From contig CAZPIO010000014.1 of the NCBI GenBank assembly GCA_964586235.1, positions 8,482 to 72,481 on the forward strand: a stretch of DNA of 64,000 nucleotides, given 5' to 3'. The DNA is from an uncultured Planctomycetales bacterium (GTDB lineage: Bacteria > Planctomycetota > Phycisphaerae > UBA1845 > PWPN01). Of this stretch, positions 63,757 to 64,000 are shown one piece after another (the stretch's first letter is position 1; each line of letters begins with the position of its first letter). Position numbers and translations under genes: made by a program. Below the pieces are notes generated by a model, which did no database searches, was not told the origin of the DNA, and saw only the letters and a list, made by a program, of their open reading frames with translations.

Positions 63757-64000
63757 TTATTCCCCACAACTCGCCACTGGCGCGGGCAGATCGCGACGAA
63801 TCTCTTCGAGACGATAGCCGAACCCGGGCCCTCGAATAGTGGACCAGTCGACGCAACCCTCGCTGCGGGTGTACAAGCCGGGATGTATCGCAGCCTCCGG
63901 AGCCGACGCCGCCGGGTAGAATTGCATCGCATTGGTCTCAACTCCGGCGATCGTGCCCACGTGGGCGGCCAGCAGCACGTGCGGGATCTGAGCCAGCATC
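63757..64000 (-). CDS. C-terminal fragment of an unidentified protein (continues past the window end)
   Basis: The open frame reads ...LAQIPHVLLAAHVGTIAGVETNAMQFY...GCVDWSTIRGPGFGYRLEEI and stops at 63757. No confident family assignment. Confidence 0.3.
   Translation of the reverse strand, partial: MLAQIPHVLLAAHVGTIAGVETNAMQFYPAASAPEAAIHPGLYTRSEGCVDWSTIRGPGFGYRLEEIRRDLPAPVASCGE

Noticed and set aside
1-64000. CRISPR arrays, rRNA genes, IS elements, prophage genes
   Set aside because: I found no regularly spaced direct repeats, no rRNA-like conserved stretches and no transposase or phage hallmark proteins in any frame of the ORF track.

Overview
This is a high-GC window, roughly 60-65% by eye (not computed), and it is densely coding. 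I support about 46 protein genes and one tRNA. I see no rRNA, CRISPR array, transposase or integrase. The gene content (sulfatase, GH29, GH172/DUF2961, URO-D-family paralogs, dockerin-like secreted proteins, many CxxC...CPECG zinc-ribbon membrane proteins) suggests a Planctomycetota/Phycisphaerae-like genome; that placement is low-confidence inference. All family calls come from reading motifs against remembered family signatures. No searches were run.

Layout:
- 1-11.3 kb: an acetyl-CoA/pyruvate node. It holds acs (partial, absent from the ORF track), PFOR, a DHOD-like protein, an ADP-forming acetyl-CoA synthetase, and a CoA-transferase::GNAT fusion.
- 11.3-15.3 kb: secreted and glycoside-hydrolase genes.
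- 16.1-18.1 kb: a DpnII-like/Dam-like type II restriction-modification pair.
- 18-26 kb: an aminotransferase, an adhesin-like protein, tRNA-Leu(UAA), and an rbfA-like/rtcB pair.
- 26-45 kb: 17 co-directional minus-strand genes. These include sdhCAB, Rieske/cytochrome b, korAB, a double U32 protein and the standout locus.
- 45-64 kb: glycan and sulfated-glycan utilisation genes, an ArnT-like GT, a nitrilase-family lipoprotein, an orphan histidine kinase and GH172.

Standout locus (26784-31377, minus strand): a complete azole-synthetase set made of an E1-like/RRE docking protein, a YcaO with a C-terminal PxPxP motif, and a SagB-type dehydrogenase. It is translationally coupled to two tandem paralogous membrane proteins of about 225-237 aa. 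Each carries a conserved leader-like motif followed by seven consecutive cysteines (CCCCCCCLHW). I found no short precursor ORF, so these full-length membrane proteins are the only plausible substrates. I do not recognise this arrangement from described TOMM/RiPP systems.

Most long ORFs lying antisense to these genes are high-GC shadow ORFs and were rejected.
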